This document shows positions 35,672-50,600 of a DNA stretch of 64,000 nt, in pieces. Position numbers and translations under genes: made by a program. Source of the stretch: Antedon mediterranea (lineage: Eukaryota > Animalia > Echinodermata); contig NC_092671.1 in the NCBI RefSeq assembly GCF_964355755.1, forward strand, positions 39,690,304 through 39,754,303. The letters are read 5' to 3'. The notes below the pieces were generated by a model. That model had not been told where the DNA came from. It searched no databases and was given only the letters and a program-made list of their open reading frames with translations. The stretch's first letter is position 1. The number at the start of each line of letters is the position of its first letter.

Positions 35672-38600
35672 CTATCTGAATAAGCGAGCAAAGTCCCGGA
35701 GTGCATAGATTATTTCTTTCTGATTTTCCGCCCTGAAAATAATAAAAGAAAACATATAAAGTTGTAGCCTGCATGTTTAAAGCAAAGTAACAGACGATAC
35801 TTAAATAAGAACTGTTAGTTAAAGAGCAGTGTGATTTCGCAGTATTCTGAGGTTAAAACTATATAAAGCTCTGTGTACACTATCAAACTTATTGTGACAA
35901 AAAATGTGATGTGCCCAAATATGGACACGATGATGTCATATCACTACCATATTTGGGTACATCCAACTTTTTTTGAGGGGAAAACCGTGTAGCTTGTCCC
36001 ATAAAGAGTCTGTATCTCAGCATTGTGTGTAAATAAAGAAATAACATATATTCTATATTTTTATCACCATTACTGCTTGTCTGTGTAAATTTGCCTATAT
36101 TGCTTCAACATCAGAATACTGCAAAATCACTGCAGTGTAATTTGTTATGGTAAAAAACATACGTTGTGATAGCCTTGTGAAAGTCTGTCAGTTGCTTCTG
36201 TGTAGCATTAACTGTTCCTGCATTACCCTGTGTTGGTAGAGCCTTCAGTGCAGTCTCCAACCATTGACAAACAGCCTGTGAATTCAATATATCTGTTATG
36301 TGCCTAAAGCCTCTGTTTAATAACTAAAGCTCTGTCTAGACTATCAAACTTTATGTAACAAAAAAATGTGATGTGACCATATATAGACATGATTATGTCA
36401 TATCACTACCATATTTAAGCTTATCACTATCATATTTGGGCACATCATACTTTTTTGTTAAACTAGTTTGATAGTGTAGATAGAGCTTAAGTCAGGTTTT
36501 GCTAGCAATCCAACAGTTTCTGTTGCTGTACTCCTACTAAAATGAGATATTTCCTTTAAATTCCAACCATGTCAAAATAAAGACAATAAACAGAGATTTA
36601 TTTGACTGCAGGATAAAATGTAAAAAACAATTTCTAAAATCTCATACAATAACATGGACAAGAATTGTGTATTAAAAAGATAGAGCTGAACCCAATAACT
36701 TTAGATCAGAAATCAACCACTACATAATCTCATATCATACCTAATTATTTGTACAGTATTCAAAATTCAATAACAAACTGATGATGTCTGGCTGACAGCT
36801 TGACGAAACTGTCTTGAAACGTAAGTTAATTTATAGTGGTTTACAATCAATGAATTACATATCAAAGCGTGTTGTCCATAATTTTAAAGATATTACAAAA
36901 TTCTTACTGCTCTGTCTAACTTCATCAGAAGGAAGAGAACATCGCCTTGGTCTGGAACCATGAAGGACGGCAAGTGAAAGACGCACGCTGTAATGATACC
37001 CTTCGTTATTTCTTCTCCGTGAGTAATAAACAATGGTTTTACGAGCGAGACTCTTGTTTCATAATTCTGCTTTTCCTGTAAACAAAATTGTGTAATCAGT
37101 AAAATCTGCCAAAAACAGATTCTAAGGTTTATGTGGCATATAAAAAAATATAAAAATTTAAATAAATTAAAGTTACATTTATTATTACTTTAAAGAACCG
37201 GTGTACTAGTACATCACAGCCACTGATCATAACTGGGCCCTCTGGAAGACCAGTCTTAGACTGAAGAAGTTACCTAGTATAAATAAATAATAACAAACAA
37301 ACAATATTAATGAGTACCGGTTTGTCTGTAGCACAGTTGATAAGATCTCTGAAGAACTTCATAACAGATGCATTGGCTTCGCGATGAGATAACGTTATTG
37401 CGAAGATTGCACATTCTAAGACGGATTGCATTACTGGAGAACGGAGAATTGCGAGTGGATTCCGTTGAACAAACCTAAACAATGAAACAGGAATAAGAGC
37501 TGTTTATCATATATACGTACATATTATAAGGTATCTTCCGAAGGACAAGGCAATGACATGTACTTTACAAGAAAGAAAAACGTTTAAACAAGTGTTTTAT
37601 AAAGATAAATGTAGAATTAACCTTGCGCAAAGTCTGAACAAGTCATCCACTGTGTCAGGGTGATCACGCAGACCATTCTCAGTTTGAAGCAGTTGAAATG
37701 CAGGTACTATGAATGCCTAAAGTTAAACAAATTGTAAAAACATTCTTTTTTACTATTATAATGTCTGGAACGCCATGCATACTAGGCTAGCCCAAGGGTG
37801 TCTAGTATTAAATAAATGTGGGGGAATAACCTGTGACTTGCAGCCTAACTGGGCTGAAAAGGTATGGACGGAAAATGCATTAACTTTCTTCTCCTCTAAG
37901 GTTCCCTTTGTGTCAAGTGCTGCCACCAAACCGCATCCGTTCGTCTGTCCACGACAGGGGCTGAATGGACCAGTACACAGGGTTAACCCCCTAATCGTTT
38001 GAAAGATGAACTGGGTTCTTCAGAGTACACACAAGCCAAATGTCTTATTCGAGAAGATTTGTTCTATAACAATGGTCGAGGAGTGACTTGAATCTGTGCT
38101 GATTGTATAGCTATGGTTTGCGGTGCCCCTGTCATAACCGCTTGGCGACTCAACTAGAGTTTACTGTACAATGTAATACAAAATTAATTGTGAAATAACA
38201 ATAAAGCAAGTACTAACCTGTAACATTTCTAATAGTCCAGCTATACAGCCGTCATCTTTGCCATACTCATCTACCAATATGCTGCCCAAGTAAAGAAAAC
38301 ATGAATGCTGGTGGCTTTGGTAGATGTTCACCATCTGAAAAAAAAGTACAAAATATGAGAAATTATTATCATTAACAATTTCTATGATGACGTAGATTCA
38401 ACTCCGGTTTCGGTTAGAAATTTCTATATTTAAAACAATAGGGTAATATTTTTGGGTAAATAAATTATATATATAAAAAAAATATTTCAATACTATAATA
38501 ATCAATAAATCATCATTGTTGTATATTATTACTATGTTTATTATTATGTTTAATTGATTGAATAAAAAATTCCCAAGAAGAGAAAAAAATCGCTAATACC

Positions 38601-41600
38601 AATACTAATAAACTTACTTGTGAAACTAATGGATTAAGTAAGACCACAGATCCCATACCAACACATCTGATAGCAAACCTCAAGCACCTACAACATCTCT
38701 CAATGATTTTAATGTCTGCTTTATAACGGTCACATGCATCTGATAGTACTGGCCAGATGTCTTGTATAAGAGGTTGGCATGGATGTGCTTGTCCATTGTT
38801 AACTGATGGATTTGTGTGCCTGGAACAAAAACAAAAAATGAACGCATCCATGAAACACACTCAATATATTTTCCTTTTTACCGAGGATAAAATAAAAAAG
38901 TAAATTGAAATCTGTAATTTGTCCAAACTCAGACGTCATAGAAACCATAAACAAAATATTTCCCTTAATGAAATAATACAATCATGCAGACTGTTCTCAA
39001 GAACATATTGGAACAAAAAAAAGTCCAGCTTTGCCAGAGTTTGATGAATAAAAACTAAAGATATTTACCTAAATATTTCCGCTAACCTGTCAAGCCAAAC
39101 AGTTGGATCTCCTTTAGAACCAGATTTTGCAACCTCACCCGACTTTAAAGCCTAGAAAATGAGATAAAAAAGAGAGTTAAAATGGCTACAAGAGCATGAT
39201 ATCAAACTCGTACTCATCTATTTTATATCTAGACATCTTACAAGTAGAGGTTTCATAGTAGAAGCAACCAGTAAAATGTCAGTTTGCTACCAGATTTTAT
39301 CTGCCTGTAAATAAGGTGTTAATAAAGTGTAATACCTACTACAAACCAATTCAATGTTACCTACTACAAACCAATTCAATGTTACCCACTAAAAAATGTA
39401 TTTACAACCAAACCCACCAAATCACCTTTACAAAACCATAAAATATATAGTATAATAAAAAATATAAATAAAAATCATTTTCTTACCTGACTTAAGGGAG
39501 TAATTTGTACATAGACTAATTGTTTAAGACCTTCTTGTATTTTATCTAAAGGCATCTTTGTTAGCACCAAAGCAGTACCTGCAATAAACAATGAGAGCAT
39601 TACAAATAATTTTAAAAAAAATAAATTGTATTTTGGATAATGACATAATTGAGGTTAAAACGTTGAATACCATGCTTAGTATACACATATTGTACTATAA
39701 TGCTTAATACTAAAAAATGTTGTGCTCTAAAGGATTTAAATATACAATGTAAATCACAAAATCTTGTTTTATTTACTTCATGCCCTTGTTATGTGCTCAC
39801 TAAAGCTTAGTTCCCACTAGAGAAGCAATTCAGAGACATAGATACAATGTAAATCACAAAATCTTGTTTTGTTTACTTCATGCCCTTGTTATGTGCTCAC
39901 TAAAGCTTAGTTCCCACTAGAGACGCAATTCAAAGACATAGATACAATGTAAATCACAAAATCTTGTTTTGTTTACTTCATGCCCTTGTTATGTGCTCAC
40001 TAAAGCTTAGTTCCCACTAGAGATGCAATTCAAAGACATAGATGCAAATGCAAGAGAGTTGACCAATAAAAAGCGATGGTTTGAACAATTCAATGCTTGT
40101 GATTGATCAAACCACTTGTGTTGCGTCCTTACATTACGTCCTAGTGGGAATCAAGCTTTACTGATTAAACCTACCTTTAAGCAAGCCTACACCAGCTTCA
40201 TGAGTTAAATTAAAGGAATCCATCGCCTGAACTATTTGTAAGAGTCCATCAAAGTGTTTTATCATTGGTTCTTGACAGCTAGAACAAAGGTTCATTAAAG
40301 AAGTGGCAGCGACTGAAGCGAGGGTGTCCACACGTAGACTGTCCATTAAGAAGCTTAAAAGAGGTTCTGTTGGAAAAGTACAGTTCAGCTATTTTTACTA
40401 GAGATTTTAGCTTATTTTTTATGCATGAATCATAGAAATTCAAGTTAGGTACTCTGTTGCTGTAGTCATTGTTCTTGAATCAAAATAATACAAATTTTAC
40501 TTTATTTAACCATGAAGGCCCAGATAAACCAATGTTTGTTCTTTCCTGGGCCATGCAATGAACTTAAGGAAAGAATCTATATTTTTTACTAACGTTCACA
40601 TATAGATAGGGATCTTATGAAATAGTTGTTAAATATATAAAAGGCAATCACCTAGGTAGTCAGGGTGTTTTTCAATCCACTCAGCAAGCTGACCCAACAT
40701 TCTTGTGCTTGTGTACTTAACTGCTATGTGTGTGGTGGCTGGAAGGTTGATAATAGCCTGAAGCACCTGGGGTACTATTTCATTCTCTCCACTACAGAAA
40801 AAAAAATAAAGCAGTTATAACACAATAGTTTAGGGTACACCATGTTTTCCAAAAAGGAAGTAAAGTAAAGCTCTCTACACTATCAAATTAGTGTGATAAC
40901 AAAAGTGTGATGTGCCTAAATATGATAGTGATATCACTAAATATAGTAGTGATATGACATCATCATGTCCATATATCAATATGTCACTTTTTTATAGTGT
41001 AGACACACCTTTAGGTTGTGAATGTCTGACATTTCAGATGTTATGCTACAACTGTCTACACTATCAAACTAGTTTGACAAAAAGTGTGATATGCTTACAT
41101 ATGCTAGTGATATGACATCATCATGTCTATATATGGGCACATCATGTCCATATATGGGCACATCATGTCCATATATGGGCACATCTCCTTTAAAACACCT
41201 GTTTCTCTCTCTGATTTTTTTTAATTTTTTTCCTTCTTTCATTGTTGGCATTCTGTATTTTTATATATATATATATATATTTATTTTCTATATCTTTGTT
41301 AATTTTGTGTTTTTATAGTTTATTTTGTATTTTCTGTTTGTTTGAGGGTCCCTAATGATCAGCTGATGCTGGATGGACCACCCTCATAAAATATTGTTGA
41401 AATAAATAAATAAAATCACATTTGTTTATCCCATAAAGATTGATAGTGTAGAAAGACCATCAAAGGTGTAACAAAATTAAACTTATTAACTCGCACTGAA
41501 ACAAAGTAAAGTTAGCCAAAACAATAGCATTATTGTAGTTTATTCGCCATACAAACCTTTAAATGCAATATTAATAAATCATGTAAAAACAAACAAATTT

Positions 41601-44600
41601 ATTTTACTCACGGAAGAATATTTTTGGAAACTGCTGTCATTGTAAAGAGAGCTGCTTCCGTAACTTCCCACGATGCACCACCAGGTTGCGTTGCAATATT
41701 GTTAAACATCTGATATGTAAATATTCAGTCATTAGTATTATTCAACTTCTGAATCTCATTAATTTTTTAATTGTATTAAAAGTCAGTGTTATTTTTCATT
41801 GTTAATTGGCTGTACTTATAAATAATCACAATTCTGTATTAATTATCATTATTGTAAATAACCCACTGTATGTATATAATCACTATATATATTTTATAAT
41901 TACTATTGTTTTTTTTTATAAATGATGGTTGGTTCTGTACTACACTTTATTATGGTTAAATGATTATGAAAAAAAATTGTTATGATTGATTGAATAAAGT
42001 TCATAAGAAACTAATAATTTCTACCTCATTAATTTGATGCTTTACAAAAGCTAGTGTCAATTATGTTCTAGTAGTGTAAAAAAAATCAATTATTTATTAC
42101 TTTTTTTTTTAAATATGAAATACTTACTTGAGCAAAGCATGTGGTTGATCCAACAAGGTAAACAACATCTTTTACTAAATCTGATACTCTGAGACGAAAC
42201 TCACCAAATTCATCATGCTCATCTGGAATTCCTTCCTACAAAAGTTTAAATGAATTATGTTTATTAGACAGTACAGTAGAAGCCCCTTAAGGTACTTTCA
42301 CATCGCCCCTGGATTCAGTCCGACGCTCTGAGGAAAATATCAAGCACGAATTTGGTTATCCGTTGTCAAGCAAGGTCATTTATGCTCACTGCTGATTGGA
42401 TAAAAAGAAAAGAAATCATACAATTTCAGAAAAAAAAATGGCTTCTTGATCCAACACTCCAAATTCTGAATCAGGTACATATTCAAATCGTACAAATTTC
42501 TTTACCAGTGAACCCATTTTCCACAATATTTTTCTATTTTTTTTTTATTCAAATCTGGCCACAAAAACAGCTTTATGGAATACTTTCTTGTGAAAGGTGA
42601 AATAGACATTAACACTACAGTCAACCCCTACGTTTCTTCTATATCTAGGTTTACTGATCATGTATACACATTCATTTTTTTCATCTATTAGTATTAGTCA
42701 CATAAATAGAATATGCGTGAAGGAATTCATCAGCAGTAGTGCTTACACAAATCAATCAATTGCTAATTGTTCTAACTTACATGATCTGGGTCTAGTTGAC
42801 AGTGTCCTGATAACGCTGTAATTAGTCTGTGAATATAAGGCCTAAATACATCGTTCAAAATCCTGTTGTCTCGTTTATATAATATTTCAGACATTCTATA
42901 CCAAAAATTAAACGTAATCTCAGCTACTTCATACTGGCAGTGTCCTACACAATCCAATACAGCACCTAAAATTCTAAGATCGCCCAAATCCTACAAAAGA
43001 AAGGGTAAACATAATTTTAATTTATCATTTATAATTTGTTTATTTAATTATTTTTTGATTTGTTTTTCTTTTTCATTCTTCTTGGACACAATTAGCGCTG
43101 CTGATGCAAAGTTGTCATTTTGAATAAAGAGTATACAGATTATTCTTATTACAGTAAGCCTTTTTAAAGATTGTTTACAGACTTAAATCAAACACTGTTT
43201 GAGTCGAAGTTTGAATAAAGCTCTGTCTACACTATCAAAATTCAAAATTTATGTGACAAAAATGTATGATGTGCCCATGATGATGATGTCATATCACTAT
43301 CATATTTGGGCACATTACAATTTTGTTAAATTACAGTAGTTTGATAGTGTAGACAAGGCTTAAGTTAAATGCTTCAGATTATTTTAATTCCATATTTTTC
43401 GTATTGTAATTTGAAAGAATTATGAATTCAATCATTAACCCTACCCTTCCTGGTGTCTCTACCATCACTTCTAAGAAAGCTTCTGCAAGTTCTGTGAATA
43501 TCCGACTGTAATTTACACATCTAAAACCAATCACATATAGTTTCTGTGAATATTCATTTTAGATATTAAACTATTAAAGAACTATTGAATTATACTTAAA
43601 TCAACTATTTTTTTTCATATTCATACACATTTATTCAGTTATAACAATAATAACTGGGGTCCACACTAGAAGCAAAAGTTTGTCTCAAATAACATTTTTA
43701 AATGTTATGTTGTGTATATTTTATGAAAGCTACTTTTTTAGTTTAGCTTTCGGTTGAAATAATGGAGGATAATCAATATTTGATGAGTACATACTTATCT
43801 ATATCTTCTTCAGCTACAGCCATATGGTAGGCTTCATGGAGCTGCATTACACCTTGGTATAAGGAATGTGCTAGTTCAGGATGCTCTTCAATGTCCTGTT
43901 CACACAAAACATAGTAAAAAATGAATATTCCAGTGATATTACAGAGACTAACGCTCTGTTTACACTATCAAACTTTGTAACAAAACAATGTGATGATGAT
44001 GTCGTATCACTACTATATTTTGGCACATCACATTTTTTTGTCAAATAAAGTTTGACAGAGCTTAATACTTTTTTGGGGGGTGGTGTTAAACATATAAAAA
44101 TTTAGCGATAATTATGTGAAAATAATTACTAATCATTTTACATATTGGTAAATGTTCTAAAACAGGAAGTAAAAGGTAACATGTAGGTCAACAAACAGGA
44201 AGTACAGTGCTAAGGTCACATTGACTACAGTAACATGTGTAAACAAATTATTTTACACAACATGGGAAATTACAAAATGATAACTGTAATACATTTTGCC
44301 TGATTTGTTTAGCAATATCAGAAATTAAAAAACCAAATGTATTTATAGCAAATCAATATTATTAATTTGTTAACTAATTAAATTGCAATAAGAAGCAGGT
44401 GAACGTATAAATAACAAAGCAACGAATGGCGCTGAACTTTAAACAATTTTACACATTTACAATTGAGTCAGAAGTCAACGTCAATATATTGAACACTAAA
44501 TTTTAAGTGTGGGTTTGAAATGTATTAGTTTTCACAGATCATGGAACCACTAAAGAGTAAAAGACTAGATTAAATGCCCAGACTTGTGTAAACAACTATG

Positions 44601-47600
44601 TGAACCCATATATTCTTTTCATTCATGTATTCATCAGTAGGAACATCACTTCCATTTATTAATATCATTTGCATATACTAATAATACCATTCAATCAGGG
44701 AAGAGTCAAATTTCACTTCTTCCCTGATTCAATTCAACATTAATTTCGACCAAAATCAACATGTATACAAACAAAAAACAAAGTATTATTTGGTCGCGAG
44801 ACAACAGAGACTCAAACAAGTTTGTCACTGTCGCCCCTCCTCATGATACATAACCATTACATAACGTATGAAAACATAAAAACAATTTTCTAATCAACCA
44901 CAAAAAAAAACTTTTAACAATCAGTAGTACAAAATACATTTAAAATTAGGGTGTGGGATTAGACCTGAAGTAGGATCATACCAGAGGATATACGGTATTA
45001 ATATTCATATACAGAAGTACAGTATACATAGAAAAATGTGTTTCTACGAGACATAAATACAAAACTATACAATATTCATTGACAAAACAGTACTGTACAT
45101 CCATGTATGAAATGTTTGAATCTGAAAATAATTCACAGATTTTATGGCAAAATATGAATTATATATGTTAATTAGTTACCTCCATGGAATACAAAGCAGC
45201 CACTACATTATCACTTGCTGCCTCGTGCAACATTGAAGGTGAGTTATGGTTCATCTGTAGAAAACAACATTCATTATTCATGTTACTGTAAATGCTTAAG
45301 ATTTCAAGACTAGCCAATTTATTGTAGGCTTGTAAAGTTGCTGGAATTGTCATGGGAAAGCTTAATTCAGTAATAACATTCAATTAGAGAGAAACGATAA
45401 AAAAAAACCAGTCTTAGAAAATACAGAATGGTCACAACAAGTAGAGGTTATTCATTCATACACAAGGTACTGTAGTAAAATTAATGACGCAGTTTATATA
45501 TTTGTGAAAATGAAAAACATTTAACTTGTACAAAATGGTGGATTATCTTATATTTTATATAATCCAGTTATGTATTTATTATGAACTTATGAGTATGATA
45601 TTTGATCTGATTTGAAGCGATCATCAATGTTTTGGTTTTAACCAATCTATTTTAAATTGTAAAAGTGTGTCACTGCTGGTTGGGACGTCCCATCGAAAGC
45701 GATTGAGTTCGCTGTTTGAGTCCCCCGGGTCTAGCATGTGTGATGTATTGTATTGTAAAATCCGGAATAAATTAAATTATCATTGAATAAAACAAATCAT
45801 CACTACATATCATGGTGGAAAAAAAATTGAAAATTGACCACAAACATATGACCATTTAAACCAGCTAATTAATAAATATAATAATTAATTTCATTTTGAT
45901 TTTTAATATAAACTCCGATACAGTCAACTCTCCCAATACTGGATATCCAGTTTTCACGTTTCCAAGCCTGGTATTGGAAGAGTTGACTGTAGTGTATTTC
46001 AACCATGAAAAGGTTAATACAGTCATTAAAAGGCTTGCAGCCAGCTGCATTATAGTTGTTATTGTATAGCAATATAATTAATAATTACACTAATCAATTG
46101 ACTTGAAGACAGGTATATTACAAAATGTTTATAAGCTGTTAATGATGATTGATCTATTTTGAATAATCGCAGTGTATACATATGAATATAATATTCAGGA
46201 CACGACAGGCTTAGCTCTGTCTACACTAAAATGTGATGTGATGTGCCCATATATAGACATGGTGATGTCATTATCATATTTAAGCATATTACTATCATAT
46301 TTAAGCATATGACTACCATATTTTGGGCACATAACAATTTTTTTGTCAAACTAGTTTGATAGTGTAGACAGACCTTAATATACTGTACTCATCTAAACAG
46401 TTAAATATCCCTAGCAATCATATTTAAAAAAATATTATGTCTTTAGCCTTTTGAAATCTGCACTGCTGTGATGTATGCTGATAATTAAAATTTTATGGGG
46501 ACATTTGAAATAAGAATATATTTCATAATAATAATAAAAATTCAGAAAATAAATATATATGAGAGATATGGAATATCATGATGGTACAGTTAAAGTTTCT
46601 ACTTAAAACATCAGATGTGAAAAACAATGTGATTACTTTAAATAAATTCCATCTCTTATTTTTTTATTTATTTCTACATCAAATATCTAATAATTGCGTG
46701 ATCAAATCGGAATTAAACAGGATTGAACTTAAAAAAAAGGAAGACTTACAAGAATTTGAAAGTTAACAGTGAGTATCTTGCTGGAAGCAACGTCTCTGCT
46801 TGGTAACGCTTGCAAGTAGAACCAACTAGCAAGGCACTTGAATACACGCCCTAATATCCTGTGATCATTCTGATATGTTTCGCTACATGCCGTCTGGAAA
46901 ATAATTATACAAGAATAACAACAAGTTCACTAGCCAAGACGGTTAACTTATAAATATATAAAACGTAATTTTGTCCCTTTCTGCCGAATCTAACTAGAGG
47001 AAAGCTACTGTAGTGACCTAAACATATGTTCTGTTTAAAAGAAAAACCTAATCTTAATTTGGATATGCATCTTGATATTTCTTTTATGAATAATTAATTA
47101 GTTTCTTTTTGGTTATCCGCCTCAAGCGGATAACCTTTGTTATTGTAGTGTTACTTTTTTTTTTTATTATTCTTCTTTCTTTCTCCGATTTTGTGTACGC
47201 GTTTTCTCTTGAACGTGTTAACATAACATTTTGTAACTTGGTCAACATATAGACAATTAACTGAAGATGTACTGCGAAGCTTTTTGACAATGTCAGATCC
47301 GCGTAGCGTAAGTTACGCGCGATTTTCTGAAAATCTTAAATCGGTCATAACTTCGAAACCGATAAATATTTTTTAACGAAATTTTCAGCCACGTTTTCTT
47401 CACATCAATGGCTAACTTTTTCGCTCTTCAGCAAATTTTTGAACACTAGAAAGTCTGCGCGTAAACTGCGTTTGAAATTTTAAAATGCTCCTAATTTGTG
47501 CACGCTGTTTCTCTGTAACGCGTTAACATAACATTTTGTAACTTGTTCAACATATAGACATTTTACTGAAGTTGTCCAGCCAAGCTTTTTGACGATGTCA

Positions 47601-50600
47601 GAGCCGCGTAGCGTAAGTTACGCGTGATTTTCTGAAAATCTTAAATTGGTTATAACTTCGAAACAAATGAATATTTTTTAACGTCATTTTCAGCCACGTT
47701 TGCTTCACATCAATAGTTAACTTTTTTAACGCTATCGCAATTTGTAACATTAGAAAGTGCGCGCGTAAATGGCGTTTGAAATTTTAAAATGCTTCAAATC
47801 AATTTCTGATTAAATTAGAGCACGATTCAGGTCATTTTAAGCGTTTAAAAAATTGCCACTGGTGCGCACATTTTTACGCGCGCACGGCGCAGGGAACAGG
47901 TATGAGCATTTCTTTTACACGATTTGTGTTTTTAAATCTTCTGTTAACAATTTTACGTTATTTTATTCACTTTTCAACTTGAAATGGCGTTCTACGAGCA
48001 CGTTAAACATGACAGGTTGCGCACGAAAACGTCAACAAATTGTGAAAATGTTCCAAAATATGTCTACTTTTAAAAATGACACAGTTCATCAGAATGCAAG
48101 GTTACCCCCATTTTTTATTTTAATTTCTTGCAGTGTATGAATCATAGGTCTGATTTATTATAGTGTTGAATGCTAAAACGTGTTTGATGGCTACATTATT
48201 TGCATATTAAATATAATTTTTGAAATATTTATCATCAAACAAACATAAACTTATTCAAAGAGCAAAACAATAAACATAACATTTATCTTTTTTCTTTACA
48301 TGTTAATATATAAAACTTGAAAGTATGTACTTTCATAAAATATCAGCGTTTAAAATTTTTGAAGATTTCATCATAGTAAAATTTATGATTTAAGTTTGAT
48401 ATGTAATAATCAACTTGCATCGAGGGGGTTCACGACATACCGAATGAACGAGGACTCTTTCTTCGGATTTTCGTCAGCAGGTGGTCATATGGCTCGATGT
48501 GTAATGCAACCGACTTTGGTATCAGAGGTACCGGGTTCGAGTTCCGTCACGGGAAAACAATTAATTAAAAGGGTTTAGTTGGTTATTACACTGAGAGGGC
48601 AGTTTTAATTTTGAATAGCCTACTTTTTTTGGAAAAGTCATAACTTGGAAGTACTTGAATACGCAAGATACGCTTTGTTGCTGGCGGATAACCAAACTCG
48701 TCCTCAAGTGACGAGTTTAAGTTCTAGTTAACATTTGTTTTCTGCGAAAGATAATTTTGTATGTATAGTCATGTTGAGAATGAAAATACTCTCTCACACC
48801 ATATGTTGGTCTTTATAATCGGCATTCCGGTGAGAACGCGTACTGACCGTGCAGAGTCACTAAAAAATTACTAATTGATAATAGACCTTGACGGAAAAAC
48901 AGACAGAAAAAAATGGCACATTAAGAAACAATATGTGACAATTTGACACTATGTCTCCTTGTGAATTATTGTAATTGCTAAATCTACTTAGAATGAAGAC
49001 CTCTTAGTACTTTATTAAAGCTCTTAGGAACGCTACTTGCTCAAAAACACATCATTTAGTGATTTTATGTAGTGGCTAATAAACACACCTCATCATAGTT
49101 TGAAAAAAACTACAGTACAAAATTCATATACAAATTACTATGTGCCATGGTGTTCCAAATATAAATATATATTTCTAATTTTATTATATACTGTTGAAGG
49201 GCTAGTGTTGCTCGAAAGCTCTGCTAATTTTTCTGGCTGTATCGTTTATTTTGTATCTCCATTGACATCCAGCCACTGATACCCACAGCATTGTCTATTT
49301 TTCGATAATTTGCCTTTGGATTCTAACTTTATAATATATACACACATTTCCAAAAGTGAAGTTAACTGGCTATTAATTTACTAAAAAAACATAGAGACTA
49401 AAGCTCTGTCTACACTATCAAACTAGTTTTAAAAAAGTGTGATGTGCCCATATATGGTAGTGATATGCCCAAATATGGTAGTGATATGACATCATCATGT
49501 GCATATATGGGGACAGCACATTTGTTTGTCACATAAAGTTTGATAGTGTAGACAAGGCGTTACCATCAAGGTGAGAACTGCTGGGGCTGATTCCCCGAGT
49601 TCCAGTCGGAATTCTTCACGTCGGTTCTGACCAAGTCGTAGCGACCTGCTATGAACTTCTTCTGGAAGCACTATTAGGATTTCCAATAAGATCGGTATAT
49701 GCAATGGATTACTACTAAATCTGAAAAAAAAACAGGAAAAAAATATAATTTAACTTTAATTTAATGCTAGTCATTTTTTGACATTTAAATGACTAAAACA
49801 CGCAAGATTATGTACATTACAATGACATCACTAGAATCCAATAAAGTACAAAATGACTATTATTTATGAGGGTTTTATAGATTGTATTCTGAATGTCGTC
49901 TGAATATTAATCCAAACAGTTTGAAAGCATTTAATAACAATTTCTACAAGCATTTAGGAATTTCCCACCCACTACTTTGATTAATTAAAACAATATTGTT
50001 GATACTATAGTATGATTACAATACATTAATTGTACAAGCTATTTTTTCCATAATTTGTTTAAATGTCATTTGTCAATTAATAATTAAGGTGTAAGCATTG
50101 GGCTATAAAACTCTAAGTGTATAAAATGTAAATTAAATTCAGAAGAATACTAATCCGAAAAAAAAGTTCTAAATTCTACACTAACTAGTGTGATGTGGCC
50201 AAATATGGTAGTGCTATGCTCATATATGGTAGTTACATGACATCATCATGTCCATAAATGAACACTTCACATTTTTTGTCACATAAAGTTTGATGGAGTA
50301 GACAGAGCTTGGGACTTAGAATGTCTCTTCCATACTGTAGTAAATTTTACTTTTAACACAAACCACATGATTTACTTAGACACTCATATATCAATAAATT
50401 ACACCACCTTAACAACAAACAAATTACATTATTGCATTTACCAAAAACCATATCAAAAATATACTTATGTACACAGAACATCAAACCATAACCCATCCAT
50501 TTTCAAAAGTATTATCAAAACAGAAACACATCGATACAACAGACTTTCATGTAACAAACATGAATATATACACATAAACACACTTTTCAAACTTCGATTA

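Noticed and set aside
44692-44732. Short hairpin ATCAGGGAAGA…TCTTCCCTGAT as a miRNA
   Set aside because: Stem too short for a pre-miRNA; isolated.
48483-48553. Functional tRNA gene
   Set aside because: Acceptor stem does not pair and the D-arm is poor; it lies inside a transposon.
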